A DNA stretch of 64,000 nt from a virus, in the IMG/VR virus record IMGVR_UViG_3300042691_050360, positions 32,001 through 96,000 of that record. One strand, 5' to 3'. The position numbers and the translations under genes were made by a program. This document shows positions 17,558 through 27,822 of this stretch, piece by piece (the first letter of the stretch is position 1; each line of letters starts with the position of its first letter). Below the pieces are notes generated by a model. That model did no database searches. It saw only the letters and a list, made by a program, of their open reading frames with translations, and was not told the DNA's origin.

Positions 17558-19663
17558 ATGGACAAGAAAAAGCAACAAAAGCAAGCAATGGAGCAGCGGG
17601 AGAAAATGATCCGCGATGCTGCAAAGCTAGAGCAAATTTTTGCTCAATTTGAAGGAGATGAAGATTTCGAATCTCAATACACTTCGCGTTACGAAGTTCC
17701 AGCCCCCGAACCTAAAGACACATCTAAATACAATCCGAATAAGCTAGTTGACATTGAGACATTCATCACGCATCCGTTCTTTTTAAATCTAAGGCCTTAT
17801 CCCTGGCAGATTTTAGCACTTAAATTATTTTACGCTGGTGCTGAAGGTAATACCATTCTTGAATTCAATGAAGCTAAGAAAGAAGAAGTTACTGGGTGTG
17901 GAGATTGTGTTTGGAAATATGTTGTTGATAATGAAATTGACTGTGCAAAAAAAATCGAAGAAGAAGATAGTTACCAACCAGTTTTGAAGCCATTCAATTC
18001 GAGATGTCTTCAGTGTCTTCGGTGCCCAGTTCAGACTCGCAAAACTAGACTAGAGCATGAAATTAAAATTGCGGCTGATAAAGAGTCTGAAAAATTAATG
18101 ACAGATATTTTAGAAAATGAATTGGAAGATTTATTCCAATCTGAAATAGATTTAATTGATGAGATTCCAGATGAAGCCGTGAAGATGCAAATCAAAAATA
18201 AAATTAGAAGTAAATTTCAAGAACTTGTTCTAATTATCGGCCGACGAGGCTCCAAATCGTTTATGACTGTTGCTATTGCTCTTTATGAACTGTATCGACT
18301 TTTGTCAATGAAGCATCCACAGAAAAAACTAGGATTGCCAGATTTTCAAGAAATCGTAATTCTTAATGTTGCTAAAAACGAAGATCAGGCAAAAGATTCT
18401 ATTTTTACGCCGATGAAAAATAGTGCCGTTGCATCTCCCTTCTTTCAAAAATATATAGGTGTAGATAATGTTCTGGAAATGAAGTTTCTTACAGAAAGGG
18501 ATATTGAGGAAAACGACAGGAGAAAAGCAAGAGGACTTGCTGAGCTAGATGGAACCATTATTTTAAAATGCGGATCTTCATCTGCTTCTGGCTTGGTTGG
18601 AAAAACATGTTGGTGCATCATTCTCGACGAGCTTGCTGCAATGGCAGGAGACAACCCCAACTCGGGGATGGATAAAAAACTATACGATGAGCTAAAGCCG
18701 TCCATCGCAACCTTCGGTAAAGAAGGAAAAATAATTTGTCTTTCTAACCCTAAGGGACCTTTCGGTCAACTATTTACATTATATAACACGAGGCTTGAAG
18801 ACTCAATGACGCTAGTGTTAAAAATTCCAACGTGGCAGATTAATGCAAATATTGATAAGCTCTGGCTTGCGGCACAAAAGAAGAATGACCCCGTAGAGTA
18901 TAATATGCAATTCGGGGCTGAATTTGGAAATAACTCGCAAAATCCTTACTTATCGCCAGAGGATGTTGATTATGCATTTGTTAATTCTAACCAAATAACA
19001 AGATTAGAAAAAAGGGATACGGCTGGCGAATACTATTGCCATGTAGATCCGGCTAACAGATCGGATTACTATTGTATCGCTGTGGCTGAGGCGATCCCAA
19101 CAGGAATAACAGATGTGAACGGAAAGATGATTAAATCTTTCAATATTGTTCATTTACATTTTTGGGCACCTCAGAAGATGAAACAGCCCGTGCCTGTCAG
19201 AGAGGTTGAAGAATATTTAATAAATCTGCACTCAAACTTTAGGTTTAAGCAAATAAGCTTTGATCAATGGGGCTCCATGGAGACGATAAATAAATTACAG
19301 CAAATGGGGCTACCAGTTGTTCTTCGAGTATTCAACAAAGAATATAAAGACAAGATTTATCTCAATCTTTTAGAGGTTTTCAGAGATAAGAGAATCCGTT
19401 TCTATAAAATGTCAGCGGGCAGAGTAAAAGACTCAAGGGAGCAATGGATGGAAATTAATGAGATACCAGAAGCTAAAGACCAATTTACATTTTTGCAGAA
19501 AAAATGGAAAAATGGAAGGCAGGTTATCGAGGCACTTTCTGGATACAAAGATGATATCCCAGATGCCGTGGCTGCGGCGATTCACGAAGCAAATTCTGAC
19601 TCTGTTTTAATGCGAACCTTGCCAAGGGCTAGGGTTGCCTATACCGGTGGTCGGATTAGGTAA
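17558..19663 (+). CDS. terL: Terminase large subunit
   Basis: YPWQ, Walker A GRRGSKS, Walker B IILDE, LSNP, nuclease HVDPA, SFDQW, KDDIPDAV. Confidence 0.92.
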   Translation: MDKKKQQKQAMEQREKMIRDAAKLEQIFAQFEGDEDFESQYTSRYEVPAPEPKDTSKYNPNKLVDIETFITHPFFLNLRPYPWQILALKLFYAGAEGNTILEFNEAKKEEVTGCGDCVWKYVVDNEIDCAKKIEEEDSYQPVLKPFNSRCLQCLRCPVQTRKTRLEHEIKIAADKESEKLMTDILENELEDLFQSEIDLIDEIPDEAVKMQIKNKIRSKFQELVLIIGRRGSKSFMTVAIALYELYRLLSMKHPQKKLGLPDFQEIVILNVAKNEDQAKDSIFTPMKNSAVASPFFQKYIGVDNVLEMKFLTERDIEENDRRKARGLAELDGTIILKCGSSSASGLVGKTCWCIILDELAAMAGDNPNSGMDKKLYDELKPSIATFGKEGKIICLSNPKGPFGQLFTLYNTRLEDSMTLVLKIPTWQINANIDKLWLAAQKKNDPVEYNMQFGAEFGNNSQNPYLSPEDVDYAFVNSNQITRLEKRDTAGEYYCHVDPANRSDYYCIAVAEAIPTGITDVNGKMIKSFNIVHLHFWAPQKMKQPVPVREVEEYLINLHSNFRFKQISFDQWGSMETINKLQQMGLPVVLRVFNKEYKDKIYLNLLEVFRDKRIRFYKMSAGRVKDSREQWMEINEIPEAKDQFTFLQKKWKNGRQVIEALSGYKDDIPDAVAAAIHEANSDSVLMRTLPRARVAYTGGRIR

Positions 19664-19684
19664 AATCTAAGTTAATTTAGAAAT
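19658..19684 (+). promoter_or_regulatory. Putative late (sigmaH-like) promoter
   Basis: AGGT-N18-GAAAT just upstream of the start codon. Confidence 0.6.
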
Positions 19685-19690
19685 TTAAAA

Positions 19691-20722
19691 GTGATGAGTA
19701 TACGGCTTGGTCAATTTGGGGGCGTGGGGGGTCAATATGCTCCAAATGCTCCAGGCGGATCTCCGAATTTCCAAGGCGGGTCTAGCGGACACGCTGGATA
19801 CGGAATAAATAATTTCTCGGGTGACATCTCATTAGATGACCTGATGGGTTTTTATCGTAAGCCGGACATACTTTCATTTGAAAGACCCATTGAAAGCTTG
19901 CTTGAAACCTTCCACGACAATCTTGAGAAAGATGCTGTGCCTTATCTTTTAGATTTTGATGAACGTGTTAAATTGAATCTAAAGAAGAAAATCCGAAACA
20001 AAGAGCAACATTTGAAAGATTTAGCCACAGAAAAGTCTACAGAGCCAACACCAATTAATAAAAAAATCAAGACTGTGGAGGAGTTGCTTCAGAAGTTTAG
20101 AAGGAACGATGGTATTGATTTTAACAAGATGGCCGCTAAAACATCAAGCTATTTTCGCCCGAAAACTGCACCACCTTTACTAGATCAATTCCTGCCAACA
20201 GTAGAAGAATATGAAGATGAAGGCAATCCTCTTAATCTAACAGGAAACAAGCTAAAGCAACCGTTTCTGGGGCCTTATGATCCCATGTATGAGCCAGAAG
20301 ATGGCATAGATAAATATGTTCAGCAAAAGCAAAGCCCAGAAAGAATTGATATGCATGCTTATTTCACGGGCTTGATGGATGCTGAACAGCCCGGTACCAC
20401 CCCTTCTTATAACGATCCAAAGCCAAAATATGACTTACCTTCCCCGATAACTCCGGAATCAAAAAAGAACAATAGAAGCTTAGAAGGTAAGCTTGAAGCT
20501 TTAAAAAACAACACAAACAATCTTGGTGGTCAAGGAACTAATATGGAATACACCCTTGATTGGGACAGGATGCTTAAAGGACAGTATCCAGAGCGAGGAG
20601 TTACCAATGAAGGGCCGTATGAAAACTCTGGATTAAATGATTATTCTCAAAATGATATGCTTAGCGTTTCTGACTCACCTATGTACAGCAGAAATCCTTA
20701 TTTCGGGGTGAGTATACTTTGA
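19691..20722 (+). CDS. Probable virion head-associated protein
   Basis: 343 aa, Gly-rich N-terminus, largely low-complexity; lies between terL and portal behind a late promoter. Confidence 0.55.
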   Translation: MMSIRLGQFGGVGGQYAPNAPGGSPNFQGGSSGHAGYGINNFSGDISLDDLMGFYRKPDILSFERPIESLLETFHDNLEKDAVPYLLDFDERVKLNLKKKIRNKEQHLKDLATEKSTEPTPINKKIKTVEELLQKFRRNDGIDFNKMAAKTSSYFRPKTAPPLLDQFLPTVEEYEDEGNPLNLTGNKLKQPFLGPYDPMYEPEDGIDKYVQQKQSPERIDMHAYFTGLMDAEQPGTTPSYNDPKPKYDLPSPITPESKKNNRSLEGKLEALKNNTNNLGGQGTNMEYTLDWDRMLKGQYPERGVTNEGPYENSGLNDYSQNDMLSVSDSPMYSRNPYFGVSIL

Positions 20723-21159
20723 AAAATGTACTAAAGTCTATAGATTTACTTGAGCAAAATGGCTATTATAGACTGGCTGATTTATTTCAGAATCAGCTAA
20801 TTAAGACTGCCGCGTGGCCTTACAATCTTTCTGCTATAGATGAGCTTCCTCTTTCAGCTAGATTTTATACCTGGGACAGGAATGAACAAGATTTTAATGA
20901 ATTTGACAGAAAGTTTTACAAAGAGCTTTATTACAGGCTTCCGGATTACAGGAACCTTAAAACTGATTCGGATGAAAAATTAAATCTTGAGGGAGAGATG
21001 CATGGCGAGGATGCGGTTCCGGGGCCAGCTTATGTTGATCCTACACCAATGGCCAGCTCACCTTCTATGAACGGTGGGCTGGACTACTTCACCTGGGATC
21101 AGGCTCATGATATTAATAATGGCCCAGAGTATTGGAAAAATCTCAAGCCCAGAGGGTAA
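20719..21159 (+). CDS. Probable internal head protein with shared N-terminal leader
   Basis: LLEQNGYYRLADLFQNQLIKTAA leader resembles those of ORFs 42617 and 48318. Confidence 0.55.
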   Translation: MKNVLKSIDLLEQNGYYRLADLFQNQLIKTAAWPYNLSAIDELPLSARFYTWDRNEQDFNEFDRKFYKELYYRLPDYRNLKTDSDEKLNLEGEMHGEDAVPGPAYVDPTPMASSPSMNGGLDYFTWDQAHDINNGPEYWKNLKPRG

Positions 21160-21179
21160 AAACAAAATTAAAGAGAAAA
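21154..21179 (+). promoter_or_regulatory. Putative late (sigmaH-like) promoter
   Basis: GGGT-N17-GAAAA, ATG 8 nt downstream. Confidence 0.55.
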
Positions 21180-21186
21180 TTAATTT

Positions 21187-21636
21187 ATGCCACAGCCAAT
21201 CGTACCCATTCATAAACAAGAAAGTATGTCTATCACATTCGGCGATTCCATGCAGCCTGAGTTTCAATTGTCTGAATTGCAAGCAATTTTGTTACAACCT
21301 ACTGCATCGGCTAAAAGCAATGCCCGATATTCTGGTAATACAATTACAGCTTTGCAAGAAATTGATAAAAATACAGATTTTGTAGTTACTGCAGTAACCG
21401 ATTCAAATGAGAGATACTGCTCGGTTCCTTCTGAGATTGATGAGAACACAATGCTCACTTTGAAGGCGGAAGGTCTGATCAGCGGATATGGACGAAGCGT
21501 TAAAATTACTGATCGTGGCAGAACTGCTTTGAGAGATGCTTATCTTTCTACTAAAAACAGCTTGAAAGAAAATAGAACTTCTGATAAATTTGATTTCAGA
21601 TCTTTTTCAAGAATTGCTAAAAAAACCGGAGAATAA
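21187..21636 (+). CDS. Winged-helix-like hypothetical protein
   Basis: LKAEGLI..VKITDRGR winged-helix signature. Confidence 0.5.
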   Translation: MPQPIVPIHKQESMSITFGDSMQPEFQLSELQAILLQPTASAKSNARYSGNTITALQEIDKNTDFVVTAVTDSNERYCSVPSEIDENTMLTLKAEGLISGYGRSVKITDRGRTALRDAYLSTKNSLKENRTSDKFDFRSFSRIAKKTGE

Positions 21637-23364
21637 ATGTTTGAAAATCAAAATACTCTAGAATTACTGGCTAAGTATGCTTATAATACTTCTGTTAGCA
21701 AAAAGCCGTCAGATATTATCGTAGCAATGATGAAGCTTGCACAAAATGATAAGATTTATGATGAGATTTTTAATTTACCAGAGATGAGAATCAAATCAAT
21801 TCTTTCAGAACCCGGAAAATACGAATATAAAAAAGACGATATACGAAAAGTGCTACAGGATTCTTTGGGTGCAATAAGTAGCTACGTCATGTCTAAAGCA
21901 AAAAATGACGAAATAGCCTCAGCGGTGGCTGAATTAATGCCGGTGGCATTTGTTGATAAAAGTGTTGAAAGGCTTGAAGAATTCAACGGGGTGGCGGCAA
22001 AAGATTTTTCCTTAAAAGCATTATCAAATGGAGCGTTAAATGCAGCTAGTCAGCTTGTTCAGCAAAGACTATTGAAGCAAAAACAAGTGGAAAAGGACAA
22101 ACCCAAACCACTTTCCCTAGATGTGGAGCTTAAAGGTGGTAAAGGAGATGGAAAGCAGACTTTTCAGGACTTTATTAAGGATGAATCTTCAGCAGGAGCA
22201 TTTGAGGGCATTTATCAACAGGGATCTGAAGGAGGTCTTGATGATAAAGCAGCATCGCTCGATTCAATCATCAAGAAGATACTCGATGACCCCGAACAGG
22301 ATATTCTAAGCCTGTATGTTGAAAACAAGATTATTCCTCAGTTTAATAATCTGAAAAAAAGATTATCGACTAATAATCCACAGGAAAGGGCATCTGCTGA
22401 AGCCGATCTTGATCTTTTTTATGAGAATTTCTTCAAGTATGTCTCTGATAATATCGGACAACAAAAAAGAATCTACGATCAGGGTGGAGGAAGAAGAGAA
22501 TACAGTCTTCAGCAAGTTCAGGAATATGTCAATGATCAGCTTAAAGAACTTGATCTCGATAATGTTTTAGAGTACGTCTTTAAGCAAAACTTCTATAATT
22601 TGCCAAAGTGGGCCAAAAAAGCTGAACCAAGTCTTGTAAAGCAAGTTCTAAAATCTATAATTAAATCATCTTTAATTTTTAGTGCCAAGAGTGCAATGGA
22701 TGTTAGTCTTCCATCTGCAGAAACAAGGGGTCAGGGCGGCAGTGCACAGCTATCTCAGATTGAGTTAGTTCACCACATTTTGAAAAAAGAAATCAGAAAA
22801 ATTGCCCAAGATGAGGGAGAGCAACAAAAACTAATTAGCGAAGCTCTTAAGCTCTTAGGGTCAAAAATTGACAAAGAAACTGGCAAAGTTGTGCATAAAA
22901 CAAAAGATGCTCTTTCTTATTCACTTTTCCAACATGCAACTCCGGCATTGATGTCTGCTTTAATGCAAAAGTCTATGGAAGTATACGGCGAGCGATTCGC
23001 AGATCTTTCCCCAGATGAGCAAGAAGCGTTAATCAATGAAGTTCAGTCTAAAGTTTATACTAAAGCTAGAATGCCTTACACACAAGATGTAGGTGGATAC
23101 GAGTTAAAGACCACTCCCTATCATGCACTTGAAAACGCTGAAAGTATATCACGGGAAAATATCCGAGAGAGACTTCAGCAGGCTATGGACATTAAGGGAG
23201 GCAGAGCTCTACCAGGTGGATTCATGAAGAAGCGGGTTGAAATAGAGCGACTTGCACCACCGGAAGATTACGATTTCAATAGCGATCTTGACGATCTTGA
23301 TGATGATTTTGGCAAAGAGAGTGCTCTGTCTTATATGATTAAAAAATATGCTATTAAACATTAG
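21637..23364 (+). CDS. Large probable internal head protein
   Basis: 575 aa, helical; K-x-A motifs; C-terminal SALSYMIKKYA matches the repeats of ORF 41286. Confidence 0.55.
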   Translation: MFENQNTLELLAKYAYNTSVSKKPSDIIVAMMKLAQNDKIYDEIFNLPEMRIKSILSEPGKYEYKKDDIRKVLQDSLGAISSYVMSKAKNDEIASAVAELMPVAFVDKSVERLEEFNGVAAKDFSLKALSNGALNAASQLVQQRLLKQKQVEKDKPKPLSLDVELKGGKGDGKQTFQDFIKDESSAGAFEGIYQQGSEGGLDDKAASLDSIIKKILDDPEQDILSLYVENKIIPQFNNLKKRLSTNNPQERASAEADLDLFYENFFKYVSDNIGQQKRIYDQGGGRREYSLQQVQEYVNDQLKELDLDNVLEYVFKQNFYNLPKWAKKAEPSLVKQVLKSIIKSSLIFSAKSAMDVSLPSAETRGQGGSAQLSQIELVHHILKKEIRKIAQDEGEQQKLISEALKLLGSKIDKETGKVVHKTKDALSYSLFQHATPALMSALMQKSMEVYGERFADLSPDEQEALINEVQSKVYTKARMPYTQDVGGYELKTTPYHALENAESISRENIRERLQQAMDIKGGRALPGGFMKKRVEIERLAPPEDYDFNSDLDDLDDDFGKESALSYMIKKYAIKH

Positions 23365-23713
23365 ATTCATAGCTAAGTCATCTGAAGATCTTTCCAAGGG
23401 CTTGATGTTTTCCAAGCCCCTGGAAAATGATGAATGTGCACTTTTCATATTCAAATATCTTGATGATCATAGTTTTTGGAATAAAAATGTTGATTTTCCC
23501 ATATCATTACTTTTCATGGACGAAAACTTTGAAATTAAAAACATAGGCAAGCTTGATGCTCATCAAGAAAAACCTTGCAGGGCTGAATACCCCATGACAA
23601 AATATGTTTTGGAAGGTCATTCTGATCTACCAAAAGAATATGATATTAAGGTGGGAGACTTCTGTCTTCCAGAAAATCATAAAATAAAATTGATAAGAGG
23701 TAAAAGTAAATAA
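23348..23713 (+). CDS. DUF192 family protein
   Basis: GLMF..L..LFIF..FWNKNVDFPISLLF..YVLE..IKVGD pattern. Confidence 0.8.
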   Translation: MLLNIRFIAKSSEDLSKGLMFSKPLENDECALFIFKYLDDHSFWNKNVDFPISLLFMDENFEIKNIGKLDAHQEKPCRAEYPMTKYVLEGHSDLPKEYDIKVGDFCLPENHKIKLIRGKSK

Positions 23714-23723
23714 TCTTAGAAAA
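23698..23723 (+). promoter_or_regulatory. Putative late (sigmaH-like) promoter
   Basis: AGGT-N17-GAAAA. Confidence 0.6.
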
Positions 23724-23743
23724 TAGATTTATTGGAGTAAAAA

Positions 23744-24760
23744 ATGGCAGATAGAGTTTTTCCTAACAACACAGAAGTAGACATGGGTTCTAAAATTTCA
23801 TTTAGCGGAATTGATTGGACGAGCGTGGAGCAAAATATGCAAAACAACAAGTTCGCAAGCTCCCAAGACGAACAGATCAAAAATCTTTTAAAGATGGCTG
23901 AAATGGTAATGGGGGAGGAAGCCGAGGATGAAGAGGAGGTCGAATCTGTGAAGGGAGACGATAAAGCTGAACCAGCTGAAGAAAACGCCGACAAAGATGA
24001 AAACTTTGATGGCGGGAAAATAACAGAAATGTTAAAAGAATCAAAATCAAACACAACTATGAAAAAAATCGCATTTACTCATCCAAGTCAGATTAGTGCT
24101 GAAGCTATTGAAGTTGCAAAAGCCGCTGGTGACGAAAATCTTGTCAAAACAATCCTGTCTGCTAGAAAAGCTAATAGAAAGCGGATCGCTAGTATTATTG
24201 AAGAGAAGATTGAAAATGAAACTCGGCTTGCTCAAAGACAAGCTCAGCGAGAAAACATTATCAAGGTTGCTCAGGAAGCAGAAGTTCCCGCGAGCCAGCT
24301 TGATTCAATGAGCACAGACGATTTACGACAATTGGTCGCTTCTTTCCAAGGCAACGCCCCTGATTATTTCAAGGCAGCTCTTGACAAGAGAGAAAATGAA
24401 GCGGAGATGATGGGGGCAATGGCTTTCACTTCGCCCACAAAGTTTAGCAAAGCTCAGCGTTCTGCATTTAACAAGATTGCTCAATCTCTTGGGATGCCAA
24501 GAGAATATGTTGATTCTATGTGTGCCAAGGTGTACGCAAAGGAAGTGGAAGCTCTAGCTAAAGAAGTTAAAGAAATTTATGCATCAAATGTTTCGGAGAA
24601 AACAAAAACCTCTCTGATCACAGCTACTATCAAAGAAGCCAAGCTTTCGCCAGATTCTAAAGCAGAATTCATTGATTACTGGAATGATGTTCTTGGTTAC
24701 CAAGATAAAGAGTTCTGGCCAGCGGTTGCCGCAGATTACGACAGTTCAAAGGAGAATTAA
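23744..24760 (+). CDS. Probable internal head/core protein
   Basis: 338 aa; SD GGAG; many K-x-A motifs (KFAS, KMAE, KIAF, KVAQ, KIAQ, KEAK). Confidence 0.6.
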   Translation: MADRVFPNNTEVDMGSKISFSGIDWTSVEQNMQNNKFASSQDEQIKNLLKMAEMVMGEEAEDEEEVESVKGDDKAEPAEENADKDENFDGGKITEMLKESKSNTTMKKIAFTHPSQISAEAIEVAKAAGDENLVKTILSARKANRKRIASIIEEKIENETRLAQRQAQRENIIKVAQEAEVPASQLDSMSTDDLRQLVASFQGNAPDYFKAALDKRENEAEMMGAMAFTSPTKFSKAQRSAFNKIAQSLGMPREYVDSMCAKVYAKEVEALAKEVKEIYASNVSEKTKTSLITATIKEAKLSPDSKAEFIDYWNDVLGYQDKEFWPAVAADYDSSKEN

Positions 24761-24764
24761 TTAA

Positions 24765-25583
24765 ATGTCAATTTTCAGAAAAGCCTCAGAATTAAATAAT
24801 TTACCCACTTCTGTGAGTGGTGCTCTTTTTGAAAATCATGATATTAATTTTCCTGATGAATTCGAGGGCCTTCTGAAAGAGGCATCTAGTAATAAATCGG
24901 TATACGAAAATAGACTTAAAAGTTTCCGAGAAGCTGGTTTAATTAAACACGAGTTTGAAGCACCTGCACCGGCTGTTTACCAAGAGGGCCAGGGTGGAAT
25001 CAGGAGAGCTGGTTTTGGCAAGCGTTTGGACGGTGAAAAATCGGAGCTTTTCGGTGAAGATGCTGTTCGATCTATAAACCATAACACAAATAAATATGCT
25101 GAAAATCTTCTCGATAATGGCTTTTCTATTTGGGAGCCCACATTCGACGACATTCAGGATGCCTTTGAGCAATCACAGAAACAATCTGATTCCGTGTTTG
25201 ATCGAAAGTCGGCAGCTGAAAAGAAATCTGTAGCTCATAACAACTGGGAAAAAGAGCAAACGAATCAGATCCGAAAAGCGAATGTTCTTCCTTATAGAGG
25301 ACTTGGAGTATGCAGACTTGCTAATGAAACTCCAATTCACCATGGGGATTTCGGAACATTTGACGAATTCTATGCAAATACTAGCGATAGTATTCGAGAC
25401 ATGGTAAGAGAGTCAAATAGTGCTAGAAAAGCTAAAATCTCAAGAAAGGGTGTAGACCCAGCTGAGCGAATTAATCAATGGCAAAATAAGGAAGCTATCG
25501 CAGCACGAACAATGGAAGCTCTTGAGAATAACTCATTAATGGCAAAGTTCGCTGATAGTATCGGTGTTGAACTTTATGATTAA
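24765..25583 (+). CDS. Probable internal head protein (MSIFRKAS leader)
   Basis: N-terminus nearly identical to the MSIFKKAS genes at 46 kb. Confidence 0.6.
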   Translation: MSIFRKASELNNLPTSVSGALFENHDINFPDEFEGLLKEASSNKSVYENRLKSFREAGLIKHEFEAPAPAVYQEGQGGIRRAGFGKRLDGEKSELFGEDAVRSINHNTNKYAENLLDNGFSIWEPTFDDIQDAFEQSQKQSDSVFDRKSAAEKKSVAHNNWEKEQTNQIRKANVLPYRGLGVCRLANETPIHHGDFGTFDEFYANTSDSIRDMVRESNSARKAKISRKGVDPAERINQWQNKEAIAARTMEALENNSLMAKFADSIGVELYD

Positions 25584-26364
25584 GGAGTCTCAACTCGGTG
25601 GAGTGACACTTGATGAAATACTCGAAGTATTAAATCATTGCATGAATGAGAATGACCCTAAGGTGATTTGCGTTCAGGTTGAAAATCTAAGGAGTAGATG
25701 CCAAACTCCTGAATATTCTGATAGATTGGGGCAGATTTTGGGAGCTTTCAAAATCCCCGATGCCCCAATCAACGCAGTGACTAAAGACCCTATTAGTGGG
25801 GAACCTTACCCAAACTCAAAAAGTTTGTTGCAAAAACTGATACAAGATTTAGAGGGGCAAAAAAAGATGAGCAATAATAGTTTTAATTTCGCTAAATATG
25901 CACAAGCTAAAACGGACAAGAAAAAAACTCGTGGCAATCCGTTTCGAGTTTTAATGGGTAAAATTGGTAAGTTACTTGACCACGGCCTTGAAAAAAGAGA
26001 AATTACACGATATCTTCTCAAAGAAAAGATTTGGAACGAAGAAACTATCTCAAGGGCTGTCGGTATAGTTAAAGAGTATAATAAGAAGAAACATAGAAAA
26101 GGACTTAAAAAAGAATCTCAAACCTTACTCAATACTGCTGAAGAGTGGCCAAAGATGGATATTGATTATAGTAAGCGTTCAAATGCCGAGTTGATTACAT
26201 CAGTATGTTGGCTTAATTCGTTGCAGAAAATGAATTCAAAAGATAATGCGTTTGGTAAAGAGGTTGAAGACCGATCTGGCGTGAAAACTATGATTAGTAA
26301 AATCAAGAGTGTGCTTAAAGAAAGGGGCATGTCTCAGAGTGCTCTTGATGAAATTTTGAAGTGA
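25564..26364 (+). CDS. Probable head-associated protein
   Basis: FNFAKYAQ motif, KKKTRGNPFRVLMG basic segment; start may be ATG 25576. Confidence 0.55.
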   Translation: MLNFMIKESQLGGVTLDEILEVLNHCMNENDPKVICVQVENLRSRCQTPEYSDRLGQILGAFKIPDAPINAVTKDPISGEPYPNSKSLLQKLIQDLEGQKKMSNNSFNFAKYAQAKTDKKKTRGNPFRVLMGKIGKLLDHGLEKREITRYLLKEKIWNEETISRAVGIVKEYNKKKHRKGLKKESQTLLNTAEEWPKMDIDYSKRSNAELITSVCWLNSLQKMNSKDNAFGKEVEDRSGVKTMISKIKSVLKERGMSQSALDEILK

Positions 26365-26368
26365 AATT

Positions 26369-27421
26369 ATGAGAAAGTTAGCGGGCACTGATGTAATTGT
26401 ATTAATCAAAACAGCTCTAAAGGATGAAATAGTCCTTAGAGAAGCACAGACTTTATCAAGAAACGATTTTGCATCAAACGACTTACTCACAGATTGTTTT
26501 TTCCGAATTTGCCCCGCTGGATTCTCATCTGATCAATTTGCCAGTAAAACAGCAAGTGCTGAAGTTTTAAAAACTCTTGAGGCTGTAAAGAAAGAAATTC
26601 TTGATTCGGGTGTGAGAAAAGCTTTTAATTATATCCAAAATGTAAGAAATTCAGAAGACAATGCAGTTGTATTAGAGAACGCACTTAACGAAACAAATAA
26701 ATTATCTAAAGTAGAATTTCAACACAGAGCTGCAAATCTAATAAACTTTTTATCCAAGTATATAGATGGAGAGTCAAATAGACAAGCCCTGGCGAGCTCT
26801 TGCACCAAGGTTATTCATGGTGAACTAGACGATGCCTCTAACATGTTGCGTAATATTTTCGCCCGGTCAAATCCTCAACAAAACATTAAAACTGCATTTG
26901 TAACCATTAAGCAACAGATTGGAGAAGGTTATCAGATGTGCCCTAAAGGAATTTTTCAGTCAGGGTATCCAGTTCCTATGCCTATCTCAAGCTGCAGAGA
27001 TTATTGCGTAGACGCAAGACTAAATCCAGATGGCACTGTTGGCTGTAACTACGTTAAATGGCTTAATGACCACGTTATCACGCAGGAACAAGCACTTAAT
27101 ATCCCAGACAAGATCTTGACAGAGCAAACCACATCCAATCTTGAGCCAGGACAGAGAACTAAATTCCCAATGTCTGACCAAGATTCTCAAGACATGAGAA
27201 TGGTTAGAGATGAAAAACTAACAGAATCTGTAACAACAAAGTCATGGGAAGAGCAATTAAGCAAAGTTCACGAAAAGAGCCAAGCAGGAAAAGAAGATAA
27301 AAGTACGCTTTTGGCTTCTGAAGATGCACTCGAAAAGCTTCTAAAAAATGTCAGAGACGTGTTCGACGAAGACGATCTTGATAACTTAGAACAACAATTA
27401 AGAGAAGCCGTAGGTGAATAA
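26369..27421 (+). CDS. Probable head-associated protein with Cys cluster
   Basis: MRKLAG, KTAS, KTAF motifs; CPK..CRDYC..C. Confidence 0.55.
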   Translation: MRKLAGTDVIVLIKTALKDEIVLREAQTLSRNDFASNDLLTDCFFRICPAGFSSDQFASKTASAEVLKTLEAVKKEILDSGVRKAFNYIQNVRNSEDNAVVLENALNETNKLSKVEFQHRAANLINFLSKYIDGESNRQALASSCTKVIHGELDDASNMLRNIFARSNPQQNIKTAFVTIKQQIGEGYQMCPKGIFQSGYPVPMPISSCRDYCVDARLNPDGTVGCNYVKWLNDHVITQEQALNIPDKILTEQTTSNLEPGQRTKFPMSDQDSQDMRMVRDEKLTESVTTKSWEEQLSKVHEKSQAGKEDKSTLLASEDALEKLLKNVRDVFDEDDLDNLEQQLREAVGE

Positions 27422-27764
27422 AATGTCCTGGTACAGATTGGCTAAAGATTATGTGAATACATATAATCAAAATGCATTAACTCAATATTACCAAGCAAAG
27501 GATAAAGCTCAGTTTACAAATTCGCTCGAAATCCCCGATCAACCTGACAGTAACCCAGAAGAGATGGGACTTGAAAAAGCCCTTAATCCAGAAAGAGATA
27601 ATATAGTCAAGAATCCAAAGATGATGAACGAGATTAAACAACCAGTAAGGGTTAAAGCAACAGGTCAAGGATCTGATGCACTGCTTAACATTAATAAAGA
27701 TATGCCGATATATAACAACGGCGGAAACAATTTCATAAATACGACAGACTGGAACACAAACTAG
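27414..27764 (+). CDS. Probable internal head protein
   Basis: MSWYRLAK N-terminus; in head cluster. Confidence 0.5.
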   Translation: MNKMSWYRLAKDYVNTYNQNALTQYYQAKDKAQFTNSLEIPDQPDSNPEEMGLEKALNPERDNIVKNPKMMNEIKQPVRVKATGQGSDALLNINKDMPIYNNGGNNFINTTDWNTN

Positions 27765-27822
27765 GTTCACAACCTAGTTTTTCATAAAATCTATGTACAA
27801 TCTAAACTAGGAGCTAAAAAGT

